From contig NW_026515696.1 of the NCBI RefSeq assembly GCF_025526975.1, positions 372,001 to 414,133 of the forward strand: a stretch of DNA of 42,133 nt, given 5' to 3'. Below, one piece after another: positions 1 to 11,200 of the stretch. The position numbers were made by a program, and so were the translations under genes. The stretch's first letter is position 1; every line of letters starts with the position of its first letter. A model generated the notes under the pieces. It saw only the letters and a list, made by a program, of their open reading frames with translations, searched no databases and was not told where the DNA came from. The stretch is from Fimicolochytrium jonesii. Its lineage: Eukaryota.

Positions 1-602
1 ACGCAGGAGGTGAGGCGACCGCATTCGATCGTAACGACACTTCGAATTTATGAGGCTGGATCAGTACCGTTTTCGAGAGCGTTTCTTGGCAAACCGAAGT
101 AAACCTTTCGCGGATGGAAGGTGAGCCCGTTGAGGAAGAATTCGCTGTCCGACATGCTGTCCTTGAACACGAGGGCAGCTAGTTTAGCCTCCACCGAGTT
201 GCGGATGTGAGAGGCGAGTCTCACTTCAAGCGCAGCACGCGACACTCGACGTCAACACGGTCAACACGGCGTCGATAAAGGATGAAAGCAGCGAGCGCTG
301 GGTCTGCCTGCCTGAGCGCAACAGCAGCAACGCCGCCTGCCCGATTCCAGAGTGCCCTTAGCGGAAGGGAAACGAATCTCGATCTGCTGTTTGCGCGACC
401 ATCAAACCGTTGTAGACAGCTCACCCCGCCTCAAGCCTGCCGTTATCGAGAGCTTTATCAACAAACACCGACAAACACACTGCTCCACAAGGATCCAAGC
501 ACGGCGACCTGTAGGCGATCACTCCTGGCCCGATGGGGGCCTCGAAGAACCATGGAATGTAGGAAGGATCGCGTCAATGCGTGACGTGGGCAGCTGAAAC
601 GA

Positions 603-862
603 CGCAAACCCCTTGACATCAACAGGAGACTGACTGGACAGGGCTGGCCAACAATATTCTCTCATAACCGGACTCCTACCAGCTACGCAGGACTCGACAG
701 ATGACGGGTTGGACAGCGCCAACATCGCCACACATATGGTTGGCATCGCAAACCCCTTGACATCAACAGGAGATTGGCTGGACAGGGCTGGCCAACAATA
801 TTCTCTCACAACCGGACTCCTGCCAGTTACGCAGGACTCGACGGATGAGGGATTGGACAGCG
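603..862. repeat. Imperfect direct repeat, two ~116-bp copies (603-718, 747-862), period 144 bp
   Basis: CGCAAACCCCTTGACATCAACAGGAGA...GGACAGCG occurs twice with a few substitutions. Confidence 0.9.
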
Positions 863-3199
863 GACAGCGGACCAGCCGGTACCAAGGCCAAATTAGTTTT
901 GCTTGACACGACCTGGCTCGGAGAACGTACGGTCCAGCAACCATACGTTCACCGACCATTGCTGCCTACTCTCATAGGACGGGGTGCCGATGTCGAAAAG
1001 TCCTCTTGCGGACGGGGCGGATGCAAGAGCTCCATCAAGCGCTACAGTATAGTAACTCGGACTTGCGCAACTATCATCATTGATTCAAAGTGCATTTCGT
1101 AAGCTTTGAAAGCGCAGCAGACACGGGTACGTTCACAGTTTGAACCTTTTGTGTGTGAGGTGAATGCCAATTGACGGTCACTTTCAGGAGCAGACCGATG
1201 GCGTAACCCCTTCAAAGCGAAAGCCTCGTCAAAACGGCCCGATCTCCCCAAATGAGTTCATGTCTAGCGCAACCTGAAGATCCGCGATGAATGCCCTAGT
1301 TGGATGATGCGGGGGGAGCTCTTTTGCAATCCGCTGCGCAACCCGGCCGGCATAATTATGATGACAAGGAGGCGGTAGAGTGGCATGAGCTAAAAGTTGT
1401 GCTGCATCGTCTAAACCCTTGCGTGCGAGAGGAGACATGAAGCTCGCAAGGGTTTCCGCATCGGATGGGGCGGGCGGCGATGAACGACCGAAGGAGAAGA
1501 ACTCCCGACATCCAGCTCCCGAAGGTCGTGTCTTCCTCGGGATCTTCCGCTTGCCAAACTACGCGCCAGTTTACCTCTCGCCAGCACGGAGATAGGTGCA
1601 GCGTCCAACTTTGGTCCCCGGAACGCTTTTTTCCCGAGTCTCCATCCATGCACACGCCGTTGCTCCTCGTAACATGTTATATATACTCTCAGAAACCCCA
1701 CCCTGAGTCTGTCTATACCTCTACCTGCCCCCCGCGCAAAATCTGATCGTAGAAATAACCCACATCGCTTAAACTACTTCTGGGTGAAAGGGAATCTACC
1801 TGACGACATGGATAATGACAAAAGATTGGCTCCCCATTGCGGTGGTGGCCGGAATCTTGTCCCCATTTGTTTGTTTGGTTTTCTTTTTCTCTTCCCAATC
1901 ACATCTCATCCGGCTCCAAGCACGTATCCAGCGTGTCGCGGTTGCACGTCGGTCGCGTGCCTAGTTCGGGGAACAGCCCGTTCTCGTACAGCCAGAGGAA
2001 ACTCCACGTTCGCGCTTTCTCGGTTCTATCATTGGGCAAAAACACGGCGGGTAAGTAAATCAAGAGAGTGTGGAAGGGGGGTGTCAAAAGCCACGAGCAA
2101 AGGAAAGGAGGCGAGACGGAGAGTGGAGAGGAGAGACCCCCGGAGCTTACTGAGCAGCCCAGAAAAAGTACCCGGACCCACCAGCGTACGCGTCCGCGTG
2201 CGCCTGCACAAACTTACTGGTGCGGCGACGGAGGTTCTCCCGGTGTCCGTTGAACCCGTCGTCCGGCGTTTCATATTCCAGGTCTCGCCACTAAAAGGGG
2301 AGAGCGAAGAAAAAGCCATCGCCCATTTGGGGAAGGTGAGGGCGTGTTTTTCCCCCATGCCGCAGAGACGGGTGTTTGCGCTTCCCCTCTCAGGACGCAG
2401 AAACGAACGCGTGGAATGTTAGGGCGGAGTCCCATACCCCGTTGCAATTGTCCTTGCTCCCGTTCCACTTGTCCTCTGCGGCCCCGCCGCGCGTGAAGCC
2501 CGGCTCGTGGCTCAGGTACGGTGCGTCGCACCATGTCATGGCTGCTGACCATTCACCGACTGGGGAGAAACGGGAGGGGGGGTTTGCGTCAGAGATTATT
2601 TTGTGCCAAGGTCAGATTACGCCAAAGAGAGACCGCCGGGTCGTGAACCAACGCGGCTGCTTTTACTTGTACTTACCAACCGCTTGCTGAGGACGTGTTT
2701 TTACCGCGAAGGAAACAAGAAATAGAACGCGGCATGATGATCAGCTCCGTGCAAACCATCTCACAACTGGCCATACCCTCCCCATCTTTGCAACCCATAC
2801 CTTTCCCCCAATCTCGATAGCCTCCAACGACTTCTTATTGTTGCACGCGGCATCCAGACGCTGTCGCATACTCATATGGTGGAAGCTGGTGTAGAAGACC
2901 TGGTAGATGTGTACGTCCACACTGACGTCCGCACAGTCCCATGCTCCCGGGTAGTGTTCCCCGGTTGCTTTTGATGTGGACTCTAACACCAGAACCCTCC
3001 CTGTGCGCATGATGTTTTCACCGTTGAAAACTCGCAAAGGCCGTGCTGCGTCGCGAAATGCTCGGCTGGGCTCGAGACAGGCCAACCCTTGCCGTTATCG
3101 AGTCGGAAGGTGTGGCTCCCATACGCGAGGGTCGTAGTCTGCAGCGTGGACCTTCCAGAGTGCACGGCGACAGTGCGATCATTGATGGAGGAGAACAGA

Positions 3200-4925
3200 T
3201 CAATGAATGATTGGGAACTGCATGCTGCGGATGTAAGCAGAACGACGAGAGGCTTTCACGTACCCTCCACACTGATTATGGACGACGACATGAGTCACGC
3301 CGGATGGGTCCAGGAAGGCCTGACTCATAATACAGCCCTCTCCTTGGACAGTGGCGCCAATCCGAATCGAACGAGGTAACACACGGAGACGCAAACCCAG
3401 TCTCCTCCGATGTGTTTATCATGCCTCGACACTCATGACATCCTCTTTTATTGAAATGCGTGGACGTTCCGTCGCTTCGTTCCAAAACAATGTTCCACTC
3501 AATGACCGCAGAGTACCCGTCGTTGATGCCGTTCCAGAATAGATTCTTGACTCCATTGGCTTCTTCCCAATACTCCGGTAAGGAGGGTTGAGCTTCAGTA
3601 TAGGGCGTACATTCACCCATAATGTGTTGAACGCCAGGAAATTCACGTATGGAGGCGGTGGCATCCCCGGAATAGCAATGCCATGAGATGATGTCGATGA
3701 CCCCGCCAGCCTGTACCAACAAGGGCCTCGGGTAATCAGGTCTATCATGACTGTGTGCGTAGCCCACGATTTTGGAGATGTCCCTCGTCATTCCGTAGGC
3801 GTCGAGTTTTTGCCGCATCAACCTGGCCACCTGGGCAGCGTTTTCAGCAGAAAACTCCATGCCGACCCAACCACCGTGATTCACTTTGACGAGAGGCTCG
3901 TTGATCATTCCCACCCAACCAACGTGGAAACCCTGATCGCGCCATAGTTTGGCTGCGGTGGCAAAATATGCCGCCCCGTCATCAATGTGTGCGGCGTCAA
4001 ATATTCCCTACCAGTTGTGCATGCGAAGGGTGGCCTCATCTATATACCATACATAATGGAATGGCGGTGTTAGAGATCGCTTCGCGGCATCAAAGCGAAG
4101 CACCATAAGAGCGCGGATAAGCGGTGTAGTGCGGCCATTAGTACTTGCCTTGCATCATCCACCATGGCAAAGCCCAGGACTCAAGATACAGGATGATCTC
4201 AGGGTTGATCGTAAGGATATCTTTTAGAACGGGAAGCACGTTGGCACGTGAAAACGGAGTGATTGCCATTCTGGAGGCGTCCAGTCTCTTCCCGGTCTGC
4301 AGCGAAGAAGGTGAATGTGGCACCGCACGTCAGCAGGACTGATCGAGTCACTACATTGACACAAAAACCAAGAGCATACTTTCAAAGAAAAGTCATTCTG
4401 AGCGGTCCCGTCATAAAACATTCCTTCTACAGCGAAATCGTTCGGGCCAACCGGAACCCGAACAATGTGCATCCCAAGCCCGGTTGTCCGGTCATAGAAC
4501 TTCCTGAGAATCTTCCAGTACTGACCGGCGTCATTCGCTTTCGTGCGGAGGAGCAGCATTGCTGAAACTTCCGTCATGGCGGCGCCAGATCCGAGCATCT
4601 ACTGATGTTTGATGTTTGCATCCACGAGAACGGTCGCGGAAGCGCCACTGCCTCCATTTGCCAGTGAGACGCCTTGGAACGACCACGGCACCCGCTCGTC
4701 ACCCTTAATTGCCGTGTAAGGTGTGCTCCAGATACCTGCTTGATTGAACTGCCCGGGAGGAAGACTTGGGTGGCCGCATGGATAGGACGATTCCAGATCT
4801 GCATAGGAAGCATAGGAGCTTGTAAGAGATTGGCTCTGAACATCCCAACTTCCAGATCCCAACTTCCAAAGCGAAAAGAACAGTGACCGCCGGTGACTCA
4901 CCAAAAGAGAAGGTGACGGCTCCAT
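3200..4925 (-). pseudogene. Glycoside hydrolase family 30 (beta-1,6-glucanase/glucosylceramidase-like) pseudogene
   Basis: Collinear GH30 motifs across ORF fragments: KHQ*MLGSGAAMT, LGMHIVRVPVGPNDF, VLPVLKDILTINPEI..SW, NEP (acid/base), ISWHCY, MGECT (nucleophile), EWNIVL..GCHECRGMI, and C-terminal RIGAT..AFLDPSG..VVVHN. Disrupted by an in-frame TAG at 4599-4601 and by frame changes. Confidence 0.8.
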
Positions 4926-5775
4926 TCAAGGGAGCCGAACGGTCCCAGTAATGAGTACGACCAACTAAGTTTGTCGGGTCAGTATCCCGAATAGTTACAA
5001 GGACGAGCTGCCATCCAGAGCTTGTGATGCGGCCGGAAGCCGAGAAGAAGTCGCATTGCTCCGAAGCATACAAGGCACGCTCCTGAAACGGCTTATCGTT
5101 CGGCCCTCGGATTCCCTGTCCCATTGATCCAACCACGCTGAGGCTCCTTACCCGCGACTTTCCCAACTAAGCCCTTATATGTCGCGGCATTCAAGGTGGT
5201 TTTCCCATCCAGTACGTCGGTGAGCGGCACACTGCCAACGACCCGAACCACACCCCTCCTCGGCACACTGACCCTAGCCACTAGCCGATGATATGGCACA
5301 CAAAATACAAGTCGGCCCACGCTCTCACTTACCCGATGGGGTTTTCATGCATCTCCCATACTCGCAAGCCATCCCCCTGGCCGTGGTGCCCAAGGAGCGT
5401 TCTTCAGGAGGTGACATTGTATAGTGGCGCATCGTTATGGACGCCTCCTTCCCCACCGGCAACTCTGTGAACGACCACATTTCACAAGAGTCCTTTGGCA
5501 CCTGCCGCCTCGACAAGGTCGACTACCTTCTCAAACTGCGCAACGGACATACCCCGACAACCCCTGACCCTATGGGAGGTCGAATGGGCCGATGCCTACC
5601 GCATCAACCCGCTGCGCCCGTGCGGCCCGGCACTGCAGCTTATCTGATGGGACGCCAGATATTGGCTTGGCCACGTATTCCAATTCGGCTGTCGCACATC
5701 CGGCCACGAGTGCTGTTGTGAGGCAGGTTGTGAGGGGGATATCGTCGCCTCATCAGCCAAAGAACGGTAGTAAGC

Positions 5776-6376
5776 ATGGGCTCACCAAACTGGCACTTTT
5801 ACAACCAAGAGTTCGAGACCGCGGACGACACAACCTTCCAGCTGCATGACCTCGTTGGAACGCAGAGGGGCGGTGGTCTGGGCTACTTCCCCGGCAACCC
5901 GGCACTGATTGTGTGCCTACCGACAAGAGGAGCGGTCCAACAAGCAACTCCAAGCCCTCTTTGCCAGGTTCACAACGGGCAACTACAAAGACGAGGATCG
6001 GAGCATCATGATTCTCTGTTTCCCCGCGGCCAACCTGCGCGCGCCGACGAAGGGTGCCGATGACCTCCCGGAGGCGACGCAAGACGGGTACGGCGTCACG
6101 TTCCCAATCGGGAAGCGGTGGGACGATATCAACACGCATCCGTTCCTCGCATGGCTAAAATCCGAGCGACCCACGCACAGCGAATTTGACGACGTGGATA
6201 TTGACGTGGAACCTCCGCACTGGCTCGACTACGAGAAGAGCATCGACGAGGGGTTTGAAATGTTCCTCGTCGATTGCTTTGGGTACACCGTTGGCAGGTG
6301 GAGTGGATCGACGCCGTTGGAAGACCTTGTACCGTATCTTGAGGAGGCGTTTAACGCTTTTAACGCGTTCCGTTAG
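5776..6376 (+). pseudogene. Frameshifted ORF pair of unknown function
   Basis: Overlapping ORFs 5776-6063 and 5909-6376 have protein-like composition and would join by one frameshift. No motif recognised. Confidence 0.3.
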
Positions 6377-6398
6377 TTGTGCATGCAGAGACCTTGTA

Positions 6399-6773
6399 CA
6401 GTCAGGCCCCCAATTTACCGGGATCGACAATTGAGGTCAGTGTCCATAAAGCTGGGTCTGCTGGGTCCCCCCCAAGATTAAGTCAGAGTGTCGGCCCCCA
6501 GAGCAAAACAGCCATCCGAGAGGCCGACATTGCCTTTAAACTTTTTGACAACCCCAGCACTCGACGGCGCCACCGCTAGGTATTAGGGTTCTAGAGTAGG
6601 GCTCTAATCCCTCGCGGTGCCGCTGGCCGTCTGGTTGGCTGTTAGCTCTGGCTGGGGGCCACGTTCGTCTTGCCTTTCAGGTTTGCTTGCCGCTGGGAAA
6701 CCCGCGACCTCGCTTTGTGAAACGGACATTGAAATCAATTATGGGGGGGACCCAGCTTTATGGACACTGACTG
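6399..6773. mobile_element. Non-autonomous Tc1/mariner-like MITE
   Basis: GTCAGTGTCCATAAAGCTGGGTC (6436-6458) is the exact reverse complement of 6749-6771. The ends read TA|CAGTCAG (6397-6405) and ACTG|TA (6770-6775), which fits a TA target-site duplication. Confidence 0.7.
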
Positions 6774-7334
6774 TAAAATATGACATTTCATCGAACAATG
6801 CAAAAGGGGGACGTGACCGTCTGCTGGGAACATTTGTCCTTCATGTCGTCTGGTGGAGGGGACGTGAGAGGAGAACCAGTAGTTTTTAGCCAGCATCATG
6901 AGGTGGCGATGATGGCAGTCAGCCAGAATCCGGCATACACCTGTACGGTTGACGAAGGAAGAACTATATTTCAGTATGCCTCCTCCGGCATTGCGCCCCG
7001 GCGTTTCGTTTCGCTTAGTCGGCACGATCTTGGCATCTGAGTCGTCACGGCGGGGGTTCTCTTGCCGAGCTTCAGGGATAAAAGACAGAGAAGAGATGTA
7101 GCAAGCGCGAGAACCTCATCCATCCTGCTGCAAGCAACTTCATACCACCGAGCCCTCGTTGGTAGCCTCCGCTGCAGGGCATCATCTCCTCCTGCGACGC
7201 GTCCGGTGACCCTGGTGATCTCGCAATTCGAAACCTAAAATCACTCAAACCCAACGCAGCATGGAGCAGTTCTCCAGTCCCACTCTACGCGCTACAGAGG
7301 AGTACCCGTGGTCCCAAGATCGCGCGGAATTCGA

Positions 7335-7358
7335 AGGGTTAGGGTTAGGGTTAGGGTT
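7335..7358 (+). repeat. Interstitial telomeric tract (AGGGTT)4
   Basis: Four perfect AGGGTT units. Confidence 0.85.
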
Positions 7359-7489
7359 CGAGTCTGCGTGCGGAGGATAACAGCAGACGGGAGGAGTATA
7401 GTGGCTGCACAGGCTTGATGATGGTTGACAGCCCATCGCAGGATGATGTTCAAATAACTGCGGACCCGTTGGACAAGTGATGGAGAAAG

Positions 7490-7735
7490 CGGGGGGTTCA
7501 GGGGGGCGGCAGCGCCCCTGGGTTTTTTTCTGTAATAAGTATGTGATATTTATAATAATACACCTCGTCAAATGAGCAGCGTACAGAGGGGGGTCCAGGG
7601 GGGAAAGCCCTGGTGGGGGTGCGGGGGGAACCCCCGCTGTCTGTGGTTGAGTGTAGTTTGGTGGGGTTTTCTTCACTCGGCAAAGTGTAGTTTAGTGGGT
7701 TCTGGGTTCGACGCGCAAAACCCACTAAACTGCAC
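7490..7735. repeat. Cluster of GC-rich hairpins and a 17-bp stem-loop
   Basis: CAGGGG..CCCCTG, CCAGGG..CCCTGG and GCGGGGG..CCCCCGC stems. GTGTAGTTTAGTGGGTT (7685-7701) pairs with AACCCACTAAACTGCAC (7719-7735), with one mismatch. Confidence 0.7.
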
Positions 7736-8223
7736 CCTGACCAGAGCGGCGTCTCTTGTTTGCAGTGCCGTGAAGTCGAGCACGTTGCGACGACGTGATA
7801 CGTAGTAATCAGACAGATATCGCGATGGAGGTAACAGGCCTCGCCCACGGCCAGCATTCTCGGCAAGCATTTTCTGTGCGTTTCACCAAAAACGATCTCG
7901 AGCAACCAGCCTTCTCGTTCGTAAACCTCATTGCCGAGCGACCAAACCTGCCAGCTCCTTCATCAACACCTTCCACCACTGCTGGCCCTTCCTCGCGCGA
8001 TGAGAAACGCCCGGTACCGCCACCTCGACGGCATCTCCGCCTGTGGTACCTCGATGAGCCCACCGGTTTGAATCTTGCCAATAATCGACTGAATGTCGCT
8101 CATGAGATCTATGTTCACCAACCCCGGGATCTGCGCAAGGTTCCTGTGGAAGAACCTTTCGCCGTTTACCGATATACCGTCCAGGCCGGAGCCCCTGCGG
8201 ACTTGGTTTTCCGCTTAACACAT

Positions 8224-9087
8224 TTAGATCGCCACCGACGTTTGCGATTGCACTCCGGCAATCGGGATGTCGAAGTAGGCTTCCTTGATGCCTTCAACCA
8301 TTTCCTCTTCCGTCAGCGTGTATTCCCGTCGGAGCAGACCTTCCTCGCCGTCATCGTCATGGCCATTCTCCTCACGAGGCTCCGCGGCAGCCCGGATTTT
8401 GAAGAGGGTGGGTGCCGCATTTTGGTCAACGAACCACTGAATCTGTTGTTTGACAATTCCTCCAGCCTCCGCGAATAATCGCACCAGCGTCATACGTTCA
8501 CCGGGGTCAGTCGGGTCCATCTTCTTGGTAAGCGGTATCATTATTAGATGACGCAAAAGTCCACCTTGGCGTCGTTGCTGAGTAGGGCTTCCGAGAGCCG
8601 CCGCCAGAGCCGCATGCGACACGGGAGTTTCTGATAACTCTGTTGGAGATCTCGCCGGGGTGGTTGCGGCTGTTACTTCCGCTGGTGTGGCGGGTTCGTC
8701 CTCGACAGGATCGCTGAAAAATGTGCAGAAAAACTGGGTGACGAGCCCTTGTTCCGTGCTTGCGGAGAGCACGGCGATGTCATCGATGTTCTTGCCCAAC
8801 ACGGCCCAGGTGTGGGCTGTCGCGTAGGTCGTTGCGACATCCTGGGGTATAGCTGCGTCAATGGTGATGCCATTTGGGCCCCCTTTATTGCCAATCGAAA
8901 ACAGCGGGATCGCACAATCGTATCCGTAACAGATGTTCGGTAAAGCTCCCGGTTCCGAATACACAATGTAATCGGGTTTTGGCTTGGAGAATCCAATGGC
9001 GAGATCCCGCGGCACCAGGATATCTGTTCGATCACTGAGGAAGCCGAAGTTGAGTGGCAGATAGAGAACAAAGTAGATAGAAATCAT
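8224..9087 (-). CDS. Hypothetical protein, possibly PD-(D/E)XK-like fold; probably part of a spliced gene starting near 9716
   Basis: 287-aa ORF with the pattern PKPD...PLFSIGNKG...A..Q. An upstream ORF segment MADTKRRRL.. (~9716) is followed by a GT donor-like site. Confidence 0.4.
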   Translation of the reverse strand: MISIYFVLYLPLNFGFLSDRTDILVPRDLAIGFSKPKPDYIVYSEPGALPNICYGYDCAIPLFSIGNKGGPNGITIDAAIPQDVATTYATAHTWAVLGKNIDDIAVLSASTEQGLVTQFFCTFFSDPVEDEPATPAEVTAATTPARSPTELSETPVSHAALAAALGSPTQQRRQGGLLRHLIMIPLTKKMDPTDPGERMTLVRLFAEAGGIVKQQIQWFVDQNAAPTLFKIRAAAEPREENGHDDDGEEGLLRREYTLTEEEMVEGIKEAYFDIPIAGVQSQTSVAI

Positions 9088-9879
9088 TCATGATTGAACG
9101 CTTACTTCCGAACCGCATAGATATCAGACGGAAAAATATATTCCAAACTTGGCAGCCACATGTCTTCCAATTGCCTCTCGCTAGAAGCCAGAAGAACCCG
9201 ATCCCACCGAATCTTGTCGAAGCATGATTCGAACTGCTGACCATTATCATTCAGGAGGAGATTCGGGGCCTGGAAAGGTATACATCCCGAGCTCGTAAGA
9301 TTGTGTACCTTGGCGACAAGGACGTTGATGAGTTGAGGGTGTACTTACTGTGAAGGCTCGAAAAATTTCGGAAAGCGCAGGTCGCCTAGCCCAAGGAAGA
9401 GCGTTCAAGTGGGCCTTTCCGCCCCATGCGTGCAGCTCTATTCCAGCACCTTTCGTGACCTTGGGGAACGTCGCCGAACTTTTTTTGGCAGAAGGAACGA
9501 CCGGATGACAGTCAAGTCCTATAAGTTGCGTGCCAGAGTGCTTCGACCCGCTCTCTTCCCACAGACCTACCTTGCAGAACCTCCGACGTCTGAACGTTGT
9601 CTCTTCAAGCCGAGTGTCGACAGTCGCTCCGAAACGGTGAAACCTTTATCGAAGTCGTAAAGAGGAGGAGCAGCCACAAAGGAGTTCCCTAGTCGCCTTC
9701 TTTTCGTATCGGCCATTGTCTCTGTGTCTGAGGAACGAAGAAGTTTGGCTTGCAGGATGTAGAGGAGGGGGATGGCTAACGTTATCGAGCGAGTTGCTTT
9801 GTCCTGCTGTTTCTTGACTGCAAGGTGGAGGATGTCAAAAAGCAAACGGTTCCTGTATGTAATACATATATGCTACGTA

Positions 9880-9908
9880 CAGTCAGTGTCCATAAATAAT
9901 TGATGTCC
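9880..9908 (+). mobile_element. Solo TIR of the same family as the 6399-6773 MITE
   Basis: TA|CAGTCAGTGTCCATAAA matches the reverse complement of the MITE right end over 17 bp plus the TA. Confidence 0.65.
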
Positions 9909-10290
9909 GTTTCACAAAGCTTACATAAACACAAGAATTCAGCAGTACTGTAGGCCGGTGGTCAATAACCCCCTAACCCCTCCGTTGCTCATAACCTTAA
10001 CCTTTCTGGTATTCACCTTACAGCCCACACATTGTGAGACTTGAAGCCCTTTCTCATGACTCCCACTTGTTTGGCCCATCTCTTGTCGAAAGGTTCACCT
10101 TACAGCCCAGATATTCCCAGGCTTGGAGCCGTTAACGTTCACCAACAGACAGCGGGAGCATCTCAGGGCGTGCTCCCGGCTGCAGAGCTTCTCGGTACGT
10201 GGCGCCGCTCTAGCAAGCTCCCGCCAGTGAGCCGCCGGCCGAAACTCCCTTGCTTGCTAGGGTCGCTCAAGCTCCTCCAGCTATAAGAAT

Positions 10291-11160
10291 ATGGGGGGAA
10301 AGAAAGCCGCCAAACTTACACCATGCAATCCCGCCAACTGGAAGGAGATGAAGGCCATTCTGAACTCGGTTTGTGCGGCCAACCCGCAAACCTGCCCCAT
10401 CCTCTGCCGTTTCGTGCACAACTATCAAGCTCGTCTCATCGCTGCGCACGAGGCCTGCGTGGCGAGAGAGGTCCACCCAATTCCCGTCCACCCACTAAAT
10501 CACCTGGCCAGACTCCTCGAGGGCGATGAAGTCTGTGGAGCTGTCGAGTTGCTGCCAAGCACTGGAGAGCTTTTCTGCTCTTCGAACTGGGCTGAGCACA
10601 CCGAGACGGCCGTGCGAACCGAGACGATTCTGAGCTTTCCTCACATCGAAGGTGATGTGAGGCGTCTCGGTGACGGGCTCACGGTCATAGTCGGTTGTCG
10701 GTTCACTCTTCTCACATCCGCCAATTTGCCGCCCCAAACTCGATATGGGGGAAGGGTGACTTACAACCTGCTGAAGGGAAAAAGTGTCCCCTACCTTGTC
10801 TTGCCCTTCGACTCGCCGGTCACTTTCCGATGCTGCTTGAAAAAAGACGACGTCCCAGCCTGGCTCGACGACGATTTGTCCATGAATTACACCTGTTTGA
10901 GAAGATTACCCGTCGAGACACTTTTCCCCACCATCTGGGAACAAGTTAGGACCACATGGCCGTGGCTCCCGCTGAGTGACCCCATCGAACCCCTTGTGAT
11001 ACCGAGAGTGCCCTTGGACCCCTTGCGGCGGAGACTAGAAAAGCTCCTGGATCATTGTGTGTTGAAGCTGCTGGGACGCTCCCAGGGCATGGAGGAGCGC
11101 CCTGTACATGACATAATATATTGGAAGATCGTCCGACATGCCAGAAGCGGCGGAGATTGA
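10291..11160 (+). CDS. Hypothetical protein (289 aa) ending at the telomeric tract
   Basis: Uninterrupted ATG-initiated ORF whose stop codon lies immediately before the CCCTAA tract. Confidence 0.5.
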   Translation: MGGKKAAKLTPCNPANWKEMKAILNSVCAANPQTCPILCRFVHNYQARLIAAHEACVAREVHPIPVHPLNHLARLLEGDEVCGAVELLPSTGELFCSSNWAEHTETAVRTETILSFPHIEGDVRRLGDGLTVIVGCRFTLLTSANLPPQTRYGGRVTYNLLKGKSVPYLVLPFDSPVTFRCCLKKDDVPAWLDDDLSMNYTCLRRLPVETLFPTIWEQVRTTWPWLPLSDPIEPLVIPRVPLDPLRRRLEKLLDHCVLKLLGRSQGMEERPVHDIIYWKIVRHARSGGD

Positions 11161-11161
11161 A

Positions 11162-11200
11162 CTAACCCTAACCCTAACCCTAACCCTAACCCTAACCCTA
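11162..11200 (-). repeat. Interstitial telomeric tract (CTAACC)6.5, i.e. TTAGGG on the minus strand
   Basis: Six perfect units plus CTA. Confidence 0.95.

Noticed and set aside
603..862. CRISPR array
   Set aside because: Only two long copies, no repeat-spacer pattern, and a eukaryotic context.
1..3100. Several short ORFs, mainly on the minus strand
   Set aside because: No recognisable motifs and no consistent splice model; left unannotated.
4599..4601. Alternative genetic code or stop readthrough (in-frame TAG here, at ~11815, and TGA at ~13824)
   Set aside because: The same genes also have frameshifts, and the long kinase gene has no internal stops, so decay is the simpler explanation.
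11138..11200. LTLTLT / RVRVRV peptide repeats
   Set aside because: These are only translations of the telomeric tract.
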